Shown: positions 1 to 7,587, counted from the stretch's first letter. The stretch is 32,000 nt of DNA from Candidatus Saccharimonadota bacterium (GCA_016432445.1 CP066689.1:30001-62000), one strand, 5' to 3'. A program made the numbers and translations. Notes: generated by a model not told the origin, from the letters alone.

Positions 1-1
1 C

Positions 2-310
2 CCAGATTATGCCAAAAAAGTAGCTCAAGCTGTTCTTCAGAATCCTTCAGAGTTTTTAGGCATTGTTATCTGCGGATCAGGAATAGGAGTCAGTATGGCC
101 GCTAACCGCTTTAAAGGCATCCGCTGTGCTTTAGGTTTTGATATTTCACAAGTTAAACACGGCCGGGAGAATGATCATATTAATGTTCTGGCCATACCTG
201 CAGAGTATACAGATTTTGAGACTGCCACTCAAATGATAGACACGTTTATCCAAACTCCAATTATCAAAAAAGAAAAATATTTAAGAAGATCAAGAAAGCT
301 AGATGAATAA
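2..310 (+). CDS. rpiB: Ribose-5-phosphate isomerase B (RpiB/LacAB family), 5'-truncated by the window edge
   Basis: The frame is open from nt 2. The translation PDYAKKVAQAV..GIVICGSGIGVSMAANRFKGIRCAL..HINVLAIPA carries the RpiB C-G-[ST]-G-I-G active-site motif and the conserved NVLA segment. Stop TAA is at 308-310. Confidence 0.85.
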   Translation, partial: PDYAKKVAQAVLQNPSEFLGIVICGSGIGVSMAANRFKGIRCALGFDISQVKHGRENDHINVLAIPAEYTDFETATQMIDTFIQTPIIKKEKYLRRSRKLDE

Positions 311-313
311 AAT

Positions 314-398
314 GAGATCTTAGATGTTAGATCTTTGATCTTAGATCAAATTACAAAAATATATAATATCGAATATCCAAGATCTAAGATCTCAGATC
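314..398. repeat. B-type heptamer-periodic inverted repeat (AGATCT-rich), likely a bidirectional terminator between convergent rpiB and dprA
   Basis: The left arm is gagatct tagatgt tagatct ttgatct tagatc. The right arm is ccaagat ctaagat ctcagatc. The arms are mutually complementary and near-identical to the element at 14347-14432. Confidence 0.6.
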
Positions 399-1485
399 AA
401 AAATCTCTTAACTGGAACTTCCCCTCTTCATTTCTGTCAATTATTTTTTTCACTTCCATAATTGACAACAATGGCAGTAAGTTATGAATTTGAGTTTTAC
501 ATTCCAAAGCTAGATCATCAGCATTAAGCGGCTGAAAACTTAAACAGTCATATATTTTTTTCTCATCTGCAGTTAAGGTAAGATTAACTTCTTTTTTTGA
601 AGGCGCCGCTTTAAGATTAAACTCATTTAAGATATCCTCAACTGAAGTTGCTAAAACCGCGCCTTGTTTTAGTAGAATATTTGGCGCTTCAGAAAGTTCA
701 GAGGTTAAAGGCACAGGGGGCGCAAAAACCTCTTTTCCCTGCAAAGCCGCATACTTGGCTGTTATCAAAGCTCCGGATTTATTAGTTCCCTCAACTACTA
801 AAACTCCCTTAGATAAACCTGAAATTAGTCTGTTCCGGGCAATAAAAAGTCCCGGCAAAACTGTCCTTCCCGGAGGAAATTCGGAGATAACTAATCCATT
901 CTCTTTAATTATCTGCTCATATAATTTTCTATTACCAGGAGGATAAACAATATCAACGCCACACCCTAAAAAAGCTACCGTTTTTCCATGGCAGTTTAAA
1001 GCTGATTGATGAGCGATCGTATCAATTCCTTGCGCCAAACCCGACACAATGGTGGCCCCGGTTTCGGCAAGCTTAAGAGAAAACATTTTGGTTATTTGCT
1101 GACCATAAGGACTGGGTTTTCTTGTTCCAACAACTGCAAAATAAAATCCCTCATCAAAATTATATTTTTTAATATCTCCCTTAACATAAAGGCATATTGG
1201 CGGATCTGGGATATTAATGATGGATGAAGGATAAAAAGAATCTTCTTGAGTAATAATCATTATCTCTTTTTCTACAATTTCCTGGTATTTTTTTTGAGCA
1301 TCAAACTTATTTTTAAAATCAATAAAATCTGCGGCTGTTTTTTCTCCAATTAATGGTTTTATTTCGGAAAAAGAAGCTTCATAGGCTTGTTTTACATCAC
1401 CAAAAGTATCTAATAATTTTCTAAATTTCATCGGCCCAATCCCTAAGAAATGGGAAAAGGCGAGGTAATAATAAATATTCTTCAT
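397..1485 (-). CDS. dprA: DNA-processing protein DprA (SMF family)
   Basis: Motifs VVGTRKPSPYG, GLAQGIDTIAHQSAL, VLGCGVD-like FLGCGVDIVYP and RNRLISGLS are present, with a C-terminal winged-helix-like tail. I place the start at ATG 1485 (MKNIYYY). The 1500 start lies inside the A-type repeat. Confidence 0.85.
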   Translation of the reverse strand: MKNIYYYLAFSHFLGIGPMKFRKLLDTFGDVKQAYEASFSEIKPLIGEKTAADFIDFKNKFDAQKKYQEIVEKEIMIITQEDSFYPSSIINIPDPPICLYVKGDIKKYNFDEGFYFAVVGTRKPSPYGQQITKMFSLKLAETGATIVSGLAQGIDTIAHQSALNCHGKTVAFLGCGVDIVYPPGNRKLYEQIIKENGLVISEFPPGRTVLPGLFIARNRLISGLSKGVLVVEGTNKSGALITAKYAALQGKEVFAPPVPLTSELSEAPNILLKQGAVLATSVEDILNEFNLKAAPSKKEVNLTLTADEKKIYDCLSFQPLNADDLALECKTQIHNLLPLLSIMEVKKIIDRNEEGKFQLRDF

Positions 1486-1517
1486 AAATCCAAATGACAA
1501 ATTTCAAATGTCAAATT
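1486..1517. repeat. A-type heptamer-periodic repeat (aaatccaaatgacaaatttcaaatgtcaaatt)
   Basis: It contains degenerate NTCAAAN heptamers directly upstream of the dprA start. It belongs to the same family as the elements at 1862, 3342, 4078, 10371, 13455 and 15252. Confidence 0.6.
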
Positions 1518-1890
1518 ACTTACAACTTCTAATAATGGAGGAAAATATTAAGGATAATTCATGAGCCTCTTGAGAAAATTTTCTACACTGAATTCCCAAA
1601 TCAGGGCGAGCTATTAATAACATACGTACCCAATAAACAGATTCTTTTGCCTCTTTCTTGCATAACCCAATTTTGTGAATAAAATCTTTTTTTGATTCAG
1701 CACCATCGGCTTCCGCATAATTAGCGCCTATACTAGTAGCCGATCTTACAAGCTGGCTTTTTATTGGTGTAATTATAGGGTTATCAGATAACCTCATTAA
1801 GAATGTGATAACCTCTTCACCATATTTTGCAGTTCTCTCTATTAAATCGTATTTTCTTTGTAAATTTGGATTTTGGATTTGATTTGGCAT
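1516..1890 (-). CDS. Four-helix-bundle protein (23S rRNA intervening-sequence protein family, TIGR02436-like)
   Basis: SQLVRSATSIGANYAEADGAESKKDFIHKIGLCKKEAKESVYWVRML matches the family signature (sQl.RAa.Si..N.AEg....s.kdF...l.ia.gE..E...wl). Confidence 0.8.
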   Translation of the reverse strand: MPNQIQNPNLQRKYDLIERTAKYGEEVITFLMRLSDNPIITPIKSQLVRSATSIGANYAEADGAESKKDFIHKIGLCKKEAKESVYWVRMLLIARPDLGIQCRKFSQEAHELSLIFSSIIRSCK

Positions 1891-1913
1891 TTGACATTTG
1901 AAATTTGGATTTT
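1862..1913. repeat. A-type heptamer-periodic repeat (reverse orientation: tttggat/tttgaca units)
   Basis: The sequence is aaatttggattttggatttgatttggcatttgacatttgaaatttggatttt. It overlaps the first codons of the 1516-1890 ORF. Confidence 0.6.
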
Positions 1914-1919
1914 CCTAAA

Positions 1920-1939
1920 CTGTATTACCTTCCATACAG
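1920..1939 (-). terminator. Weak hairpin downstream of the M20 peptidase gene
   Basis: ctgtat-tacc ttcc-atacag forms a 6-bp stem. On the minus strand it is followed by TTTAGGAAAATCC. Confidence 0.25.
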
Positions 1940-1987
1940 AAAGTCTAGAGACTATATACAACAATATTAAGTAAAGCAGAAGTTAAT

Positions 1988-3340
1988 TTAGGCAGAATAT
2001 ATCTTCTTTAGGGCTTCTATGCCTTTCCAAAACATCTCCTCGTCAAAATTTTCATTGGGAGAGTGAATATTATCACCAGGAAGTGTGAATCCTGTTAAAA
2101 CAACTGGTTTTTTAAAAATACGCTGAAGTATCTCAGCGGCGGATATTGAACCGCCTGATCGGTTAATCAAGGTTTCATGATTAAATACTTCTTTAAAAAC
2201 CTGAGCTGTTTTTTCAATATAAGGATTTTCTATATCCGTATAAAAAGGCGCGTCTTTACCTAAGTTTTTTAGCGAAAACTTAACATCTTCAGGCAAGTTG
2301 TCTTTGATAAACTGTTTAACTAATTTTTCTATTTTTTCAGGTTCTTGGTTCTCTACCAGCCGAAAGGAAAATTTTGCTGCCGCTTTATTGGGAATAACAG
2401 TTTTTAAACCCTGCTCAGTAAAACCTGACCAGATGCCATGAGGATCAAAAGAAGGATAAGTTTTAGTTGATAAGTGAGGATGTTTTTCGTCAACCGTAAC
2501 CAGTTTATAAGTTCCTGTTTCTTTTTTCTCTTGAGACTCAGTTCTGGCCACTTTTTCCAAAAGTTCTATTTCTTGCTGACTTGAAGTTCTTACATCATCA
2601 TAAAAATGAGGAATATTTATCTTGCCGGTTTCACTTGATTTTATTTTTGAAAGCAGTTCGCTTAAAAGAAGAATCGGGTTTAAAACCCTGTTGCCGTAAA
2701 CTCCCGAGTGCAGATCTTTTTCTCCAGTCTCAACCTCAAGTTCAAAATAAATAATTCCCCGAAGACCGTAAAAAATCTGAGGAATATTTTTTTCATGCAT
2801 CCCCACATCAGTAATATAAAAAACATCAGCTTTCGCCAAAGTTTCTTTGGCCTTAAGAATCATCTCTTCTAAATGAGAACTGCCGGTTTCTTCCTCACCT
2901 TCAAAGATAAAAATAATATTATTTTGTAAGGACAGGTCGCGACCTGTCCCTACATCATTGATCAATTCTTCAACCGCAACAATATTTTGAAAAAGATGCC
3001 CTTTATCATCTGCAATCCCCCTCCCCAATATCTTACCGTTGTTAACAACAAGTTTAAAAGGTGGAGTCTTCCACCTTTCAATCGGGTCTTCAGGCTGAAC
3101 ATCATAATGGGCATAGACTGCAATTGTTTTTTCAGGCTTACCTTGAGCTGGCCGAAAAGCTACAATTAAAGGAGGAACTTTATCTACTTTTATAATTCTC
3201 ACCTCAAAATTTAAAGCTTTTAGCTTTTTTGCCAAAAGCTCAACCGCATTGATTATTTGCCCAAAACGGTTAGGGTCGGTTGATACCGATTCAATTGCTA
3301 TAAAATCCGATAATTCCTGTAAAATTTTAGTTTTGTTCAT
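1988..3340 (-). CDS. M20 family metallopeptidase/dipeptidase (ArgE/DapE/ACY1/CPG2 family)
   Basis: YAHYDVQPEDP..W..PPF, the GRGIADDKG metal-binding Asp, EGEEETGS and HSPNE near the C-terminus are present. The start is taken at MNKTK (3340). The 3352 start lies in the A-type repeat. Confidence 0.85.
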   Translation of the reverse strand: MNKTKILQELSDFIAIESVSTDPNRFGQIINAVELLAKKLKALNFEVRIIKVDKVPPLIVAFRPAQGKPEKTIAVYAHYDVQPEDPIERWKTPPFKLVVNNGKILGRGIADDKGHLFQNIVAVEELINDVGTGRDLSLQNNIIFIFEGEEETGSSHLEEMILKAKETLAKADVFYITDVGMHEKNIPQIFYGLRGIIYFELEVETGEKDLHSGVYGNRVLNPILLLSELLSKIKSSETGKINIPHFYDDVRTSSQQEIELLEKVARTESQEKKETGTYKLVTVDEKHPHLSTKTYPSFDPHGIWSGFTEQGLKTVIPNKAAAKFSFRLVENQEPEKIEKLVKQFIKDNLPEDVKFSLKNLGKDAPFYTDIENPYIEKTAQVFKEVFNHETLINRSGGSISAAEILQRIFKKPVVLTGFTLPGDNIHSPNENFDEEMFWKGIEALKKIYSA

Positions 3341-3341
3341 A

Positions 3342-3374
3342 AAATTTGACATTTGACATTTGGATTTTGGATTT
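3342..3374. repeat. A-type heptamer-periodic repeat
   Basis: aaatttgacatttgacatttggattttggattt lies immediately upstream (minus sense) of the M20 start. Confidence 0.6.
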
Positions 3375-3476
3375 ACTTGTTCTTTTTATCCATTCCAAAA
3401 GCTTTTAAAATTATGGTAAATAGCCATCCCAAAAGCGGAATATTCCTTATGCTTTCATATCGTGGCGCTTCTTTAC

Positions 3477-4058
3477 TCATATCTTTTTATAATAATGGAC
3501 TGTGGCCATACCCCAACCCATATTATACTCTGCAGTATGCAAAGGCTTAATCCAATCTGAATGAATACTTTTGGTAACGGTAATAATTCTTGTTCCAGGT
3601 TTTAATTTTTCAAATTTATTTATAATCTTAATCCACAGTTCATCATAAAAACACGTTGAGTGAGTAAAAATAATGTCAGCATCAGAGAAATCATGATGAA
3701 GAAAATCTTCATTAATAAACTCTATTTTTTTATCCCCTTTAAGTCTTTGCAATACACTATGGGAAACTTTATAAAGTTCAGGCAGAATCTCAATACCGAC
3801 ACATTTGGAAAAATCAAAAAGAAGATAAGCCAGTATTACCGGTTTGCCGACTCCTGACCCAAGATCATAAAACACTTCTCCACTTTTGGCTTGGGCTTTT
3901 TTTAATATTTTATAAAATGCATCAGGAGTAACCTCACCATAAGTGTAAGATTTATCATGATAACTAAGTTTTCTTCTAGCTTCACCCGAAACCGTGTAAC
4001 CGCGGATATCATGATAAAGATCATCAAGTATAGTCTTGGCTGTTTCCAGATCTAACAT
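3477..4058 (-). CDS. Class I SAM-dependent methyltransferase with DOT1-like signature
   Basis: YGEVTPDAFYKILKKAQAKSGEVFYDLGSGVGKPVILAYLL..CVGIEI...DADIIFTHSTCF..L..K..KLKPGTRIIT parallels the DOT1 catalytic core (YGETS..F.DLGSGVGQVVLQ...GVE...VIFVNNFAF...LK.G.RIVS). Confidence 0.65.
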   Translation of the reverse strand: MLDLETAKTILDDLYHDIRGYTVSGEARRKLSYHDKSYTYGEVTPDAFYKILKKAQAKSGEVFYDLGSGVGKPVILAYLLFDFSKCVGIEILPELYKVSHSVLQRLKGDKKIEFINEDFLHHDFSDADIIFTHSTCFYDELWIKIINKFEKLKPGTRIITVTKSIHSDWIKPLHTAEYNMGWGMATVHYYKKI

Positions 4059-4077
4059 AATTTAATTATAAGAATTT

Positions 4078-4191
4078 TAAATCTAAAATCCAAATGACAA
4101 ATGTCAAATCAAATTCAAAGTTCAAATGTCAAATTTCGAATCATTTAGATTTTGGATTTCGTTTGTTATTTGGATTTTGACATTTGGATTT
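4078..4191. repeat. A-type heptamer-periodic inverted repeat in a divergent intergenic region
   Basis: The left arm is atctaaa atccaaa tgacaaa tgtcaaa .. caaatgtcaaattt. The right arm is tttagat tttggat ttcgttt .. tttggattttgacatttggattt. The arms are complementary. Confidence 0.65.
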
Positions 4192-4206
4192 ATGTATAAT
4201 ATTCCA

Positions 4207-4884
4207 ATGAAAGTCATGCCTTCGGTTCTCACTAACTCTCCTGAAGAATTTTCCCTCCAGATGAACCGCTTAACTAAATATTTTTCTTATTTTCAGATCG
4301 ATATCGCCGACGGCCAGTTTGTTCCTAATGTAACAACTAAAATAGAAGATATTGCTTTATTTCAAAGATCAAAGATCTTAGATCTTAGATCTTTGATGTT
4401 TGACTTTCATCTAATGGTCGTCGATTATGAAAAGGAAATAGAAAAACTTGTGCAGCTTTCCCAGCTCATCAAAATCAATATTATTTTCATCCATCACTCC
4501 CTGCGCCCTAATCTTCAAAAGCTCTCCCAAGACTATCCTCAGTTTTCTTTTGCACCTACTCTTGACACTCGTGATCAAGTAGAAGATATAAAAAAATACT
4601 ATGATCCCAAAAAGCTTCAATATCTTCAAATTATGACGGTTACTCCTGGGTTTCAAGGATCATCTTTCATCAATGATTCGCTTAAAAAAATTGAACACCT
4701 AAGACTTGTAAACTATAGGGCTAAAATTTACATTGATGGAGCTGTCAATGATCATTCTATACCTTCAATTATGAAATTGAAATATCAGCCTGATTTTTTA
4801 TGCCCGGGCAGTTTCTTAAGCAAAGCCGAAAACCTTGAAGAAAGAATTAATTACCTTAAGTCTCAAAATTTGATTATTGCTTAA
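4207..4884 (+). CDS. rpe: Ribulose-phosphate 3-epimerase family protein (divergent)
   Basis: MPSVL, the FQIDIADGQFVPN metal-site motif, FHLMV, MTVTPGFQGSSF and IDGAVN are present. The start is uncertain: ATG 4207 (MKVMPSVL) is preferred, while 4192 and 4126 lie in or next to the A-type repeat. Confidence 0.7.
   Translation: MKVMPSVLTNSPEEFSLQMNRLTKYFSYFQIDIADGQFVPNVTTKIEDIALFQRSKILDLRSLMFDFHLMVVDYEKEIEKLVQLSQLIKINIIFIHHSLRPNLQKLSQDYPQFSFAPTLDTRDQVEDIKKYYDPKKLQYLQIMTVTPGFQGSSFINDSLKKIEHLRLVNYRAKIYIDGAVNDHSIPSIMKLKYQPDFLCPGSFLSKAENLEERINYLKSQNLIIA
4363..4399. repeat. B-type heptamer repeat embedded in frame inside the rpe-like CDS
   Basis: aagatca aagatct tagatct tagatct ttgatgt, with 11-bp inverted arms atcaaagatct (4368-4378) and agatctttgat (4387-4397). 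It translates as QRSKILDLRSLMF. Confidence 0.6.
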
Positions 4885-6606
4885 TTATTTTATAAACCAA
4901 AGTGAGGATAAATTTTTATTGTTCCATAATGTACCAAGATCAGCAAGATTAAACTTACCGTCTATATTAAAATCCAAAGGCAGCATAACTGTAAAACCTG
5001 TTTGGTTTAAATCTTTCTGAAAAATAATGTGCTTTTGCCTAGGAAGGTAATAAGGCCTTAATACAACTAAGCGATATCTCCTGCCGACAATGATATTGGG
5101 AACTTTTTCAATAATGCCTTTTCCTTGAGAAACAGGAATATTTTTTTCTTTGTAGATTAACTCTTCATTATCATTAAAAATCTGCAGCTCAACATCTTTA
5201 GCTTGAGCTTTCACTTTTGGGAAAAAACCAATCTTAAACTCAAGACGCGGCAAAGGCAGGATCTCAAAAAGCCATTCTTTGCTCTCTATAATTTTTTGGT
5301 TGTCTTTTTTTAGAGATATCTTAAGCTTTCCCTTTCCTATATCCTGCTTAGTTTTCAAGGTTACATTAATTGATTGATCTCCCCCAGGCTTTATCTTGCT
5401 TATATTATCAAATAATGCCTCAACGTAGGGGTTATCATCAACTGCAAGCTCGTAACCGTCAGATTTATCCCACAAAGCCTGGCCTTCATTAATAAGCGTA
5501 ATTTTAAAACGATAAGTTGATTTAACAATCATTTTTTCAGGTAAATCAGTTATTATCTGCCCTTTTTCTACAATCTCGGGCGATCCTTTTACTTTGGATA
5601 TATTTTGAGTTACGTAGTATTGAGGGTAAAAATTCTGGTTGTCAGGAGCAATCCATGAGAATATAGCAAAAGGCTCGCTTAAATAACTTAACACAAAAGG
5701 CGTGACTGCCTTAACTCTCTCATCTGGTACCCAAATTGACTCAAAAGCTGTTTTATAAAGATCGCCAATTCTTTCTTTTGACATTCGGCCGCCATCCCAT
5801 CCCGTTTCGGTAATAAAAACAGGCAGATCTTTAATGCCTTTTTCTCCTAAAATTTCAAGTTCCCATTGATAAGTTTTGAGGGTTCCTCGGCCCGTATCAT
5901 AAACCGATCCTAAAAAACCAGGATTAGGATAAGAATGTGATACCCAGCCTGAAAATAATTCATTAAACTTAGAGGAAGAAATTGTGTTTATAACCCGATC
6001 AAGATAAAAAGCTTCATCTTCATATAAAGGAGAAGATGACGGAGCTGAGGCATCAAGGCCAGCAAGCATGATAAAATAGTCTTTATTCTTTGTCTTCAGT
6101 TTTTCGGCAAATGCTTTGGCAATATTAGCGTAACCTTCAGGGTCAACCGTTCCACCCCACTCTAGTCCATGATTAGGTTCGTTAAAAAGGATTATATATC
6201 TGTTTTTTACTACCCAGTTTAAAGACTCTAAAAAATTAACCCATTCGTCAACATCCTCTTTTTGAGGCCGTTTCCAAAAATTAGATTGAGGATTAGTTGC
6301 TAAACGAATAAGAGGTATAAGATGAAATTCTCTTAAAAAGTCAAAAACTTCCTGCCATTTTTCGCGGTTGCGGTCATTTTCCTGGATAACCAAAGTTACA
6401 TAACCCCATTTGCCTCCGGTTGAGTTAACTAAATCAGCCGCTTTTTTAATATCTTCAAGATTAGCAACAGCCAGATGAATTCCGAATTTATTATTAGCAG
6501 CAAAAATCTCACGAGGGAATATAACCGTTATAACGGTTATAACAATTATGCCGGCAATAATGCCGAGCATTCTCGATGAAATCGGAATAAAAGTTATAAT
6601 TCTCAT
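4885..6606 (-). CDS. Membrane-anchored clan GH-A (TIM-barrel, GH5/GH39-like) glycoside hydrolase-like protein with C-terminal beta-sandwich region
   Basis: There is an N-terminal TM/signal anchor (LGIIAGIIVITVITVIF). ILFNEPNHGLEWGG fits the N-E-P acid/base motif and VFITETGW fits the nucleophile Glu. The C-terminal ~230 aa look non-catalytic. Confidence 0.5.
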   Translation of the reverse strand: MRIITFIPISSRMLGIIAGIIVITVITVIFPREIFAANNKFGIHLAVANLEDIKKAADLVNSTGGKWGYVTLVIQENDRNREKWQEVFDFLREFHLIPLIRLATNPQSNFWKRPQKEDVDEWVNFLESLNWVVKNRYIILFNEPNHGLEWGGTVDPEGYANIAKAFAEKLKTKNKDYFIMLAGLDASAPSSSPLYEDEAFYLDRVINTISSSKFNELFSGWVSHSYPNPGFLGSVYDTGRGTLKTYQWELEILGEKGIKDLPVFITETGWDGGRMSKERIGDLYKTAFESIWVPDERVKAVTPFVLSYLSEPFAIFSWIAPDNQNFYPQYYVTQNISKVKGSPEIVEKGQIITDLPEKMIVKSTYRFKITLINEGQALWDKSDGYELAVDDNPYVEALFDNISKIKPGGDQSINVTLKTKQDIGKGKLKISLKKDNQKIIESKEWLFEILPLPRLEFKIGFFPKVKAQAKDVELQIFNDNEELIYKEKNIPVSQGKGIIEKVPNIIVGRRYRLVVLRPYYLPRQKHIIFQKDLNQTGFTVMLPLDFNIDGKFNLADLGTLWNNKNLSSLWFIK

Positions 6607-7055
6607 TTTTTGACTACAATTATTCCTGCAGAAGTTAGAAGTTTATGACCAAAATCATCAGTGTGACTGTCAGAATAAACAACTGATGAAATACCACAGT
6701 TTATGATTGCCTTAGCACACTGCAGACAAGGAGCTACTGTTGAGTAAAGAACTGCTCCTTTGGTAGAAACTCCGTACAAGGCTGACTGAAGCAAAGCATT
6801 TTGCTCGGCATGCATGCAGATACACAAATCTTTGCGTTCACCTTCTTTAAGAATATTGTTCTCACGATCCAAACACCGCTGACAGCCGCCGTCATAACAG
6901 TTTGTTACGCCGGCCGGTGTGCCATTGTAACCCGTAGCAATAATCCGTTTATCTTTTGCGATTACAACCCCAACCGACATACGAAGACAGTTGGATCGGC
7001 TTTTTACTACCTGAGCAAGATCAATAAAATAATCGTCCCACGATGGTCTTTTCAT
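6603..7055 (-). CDS. Deoxycytidylate (dCMP) deaminase, ComEB-type
   Basis: The zinc motifs CMHAEQNAL and PCLQCAKAI are present, with the typical N-terminal WDDYF. Its stop overlaps the start of the downstream gene by 4 nt (ATGA). Confidence 0.9.
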   Translation of the reverse strand: MKRPSWDDYFIDLAQVVKSRSNCLRMSVGVVIAKDKRIIATGYNGTPAGVTNCYDGGCQRCLDRENNILKEGERKDLCICMHAEQNALLQSALYGVSTKGAVLYSTVAPCLQCAKAIINCGISSVVYSDSHTDDFGHKLLTSAGIIVVKK

Positions 7056-7069
7056 AAATTGTGAATCTT

Positions 7070-7173
7070 TGACTCTTTCCTAAGAGTCATTAATTTGCCA
7101 TGAAGTAGATCAAAGATCACTTCATGGCCCTGAAGTGATCCGAAACCTCATTTTTTTCGGATCTACTTCAGGG
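7070..7173. repeat. Three consecutive hairpins (REP-like) between tRNA-Pro and the dCMP deaminase start
   Basis: H1 (7070-7089) is tgactct/agagtca. H2 (7098-7127) is ccatgaagtagatc aaa gatcacttcatgg. H3 (7128-7173) is ccctgaagtgatccgaaa...tttcggatctacttcaggg. H2 and H3 share the arm core TGAAGT(A)GATC, and H3 abuts the tRNA 3' end. Confidence 0.6.
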
Positions 7174-7247
7174 TCGGGGCGGGCAGACTTGAACTGCCGA
7201 CCTTTGGACCCCCAGCCCAACGTTCTAGCCATCTGAACTACGCCCCG
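7174..7247 (-). tRNA. tRNA-Pro (anticodon GGG)
   Basis: Manual cloverleaf: acceptor CGGGGCG/CGCCCCG, D arm GTTC-AGATGGCTA-GAAC, anticodon arm TTGGG-CTGGGGG-TCCAA (positions 34-36 = GGG, G37), variable AGGTC, T arm GGCAG-TTCAAGT-CTGCC, discriminator A. No CCA is encoded. Confidence 0.85.
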
Positions 7248-7521
7248 TTAGCTTAACATTAATATTATTATTCTTCATATAATCAACAATTAATTTTTTA
7301 ATATTCTTACCAAACCCTGTTTTATAGAATAACTCTCTAGAAATTGCATCTTTATCACAGTGATATTTTTCATAATATATGAGGGTAAAGGGTCCATTAT
7401 TTCTTGACCATGTATTTGATCCACTATTATGTTCCTTTAAACGTATAGTCGGATCTTTACTCGTCTTTCCTACATATACTTTATTATTTTTAATACTCTG
7501 TATGAAATAAACAAAAAACAT
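7225..7521 (-). CDS. GIY-YIG nuclease family protein (YhbQ/UPF0213-like, catalytic domain only)
   Basis: FFVYFIQS..NKVYVGKT.D...RLKEHNSG......N.PF.LIYYE.Y....DAISRE...K matches the GIY..YVG..R..EH..G...E core. The last 7 codons and the TAG stop (7225-7227) lie inside the tRNA-Pro gene. Confidence 0.8.
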   Translation of the reverse strand: MFFVYFIQSIKNNKVYVGKTSKDPTIRLKEHNSGSNTWSRNNGPFTLIYYEKYHCDKDAISRELFYKTGFGKNIKKLIVDYMKNNNINVKLTGRSSDG

Positions 7522-7587
7522 TTATTTATATTTTCCCAAATCTGTGGGCCAAAGGCCCATCGGCCCTTGGCCGAAACTACGCCCCGT
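7236..7587 (-). mobile_element. Putative GIY-YIG cassette bounded by a 13-nt direct repeat copying the tRNA-Pro 5' end
   Basis: aactacgccccgt occurs at 7236-7248 (tRNA positions 1-12 plus 1 nt) and again at 7575-7587. Only the GIY-YIG ORF and two GC-rich hairpins lie between the copies. Confidence 0.35.
7545..7574. repeat. Two abutting GC-rich 6-bp-stem triloop hairpins
   Basis: tgggcc-aaa-ggccca (7545-7559) and tcggcc-ctt-ggccga (7560-7574) lie directly next to the duplicated tRNA fragment, upstream of the GIY-YIG ORF. Confidence 0.6.

Noticed and set aside
755-1227. Plus-strand ORFs 755-946 and 1006-1227 inside dprA. The same class includes 2987-3169, 3353-3550, 3660-3857, 4411-4656, 6801-7064, 9002-9214, 10821-11045, 12051-12242, 12924-13160, 16041-16265, 18889-19074, 24859-25059 and 29663-29848.
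   Set aside because: All lie on the opposite strand or in an alternative frame within much longer ORFs that have clear family motifs. Their translations are low-complexity with no motifs. They are shadow ORFs.
4126-4206. N-terminal extensions suggested by the ORF track: 4126 for rpe, 1500 for dprA, 3352 for the M20 peptidase, 10422 for acylphosphatase and 19578 (TTG) for the Wzy_C protein
   Set aside because: The extra codons are translations of the A-type repeat or the GC palindrome (MSNFESFRFWISF.., MSFGF, MSNF, MTCLPAGRFDIWILTF..). A downstream ATG starts exactly where family homology begins.
7174-7587. tRNA-Pro interrupted by an intron encoding the GIY-YIG endonuclease (group I intron scenario)
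   Set aside because: The tRNA at 7174-7247 folds into a complete uninterrupted cloverleaf. The upstream copy is only a 12-nt 5' fragment. No group I intron core helices were evident. A flanking insertion or duplication explains the data better.
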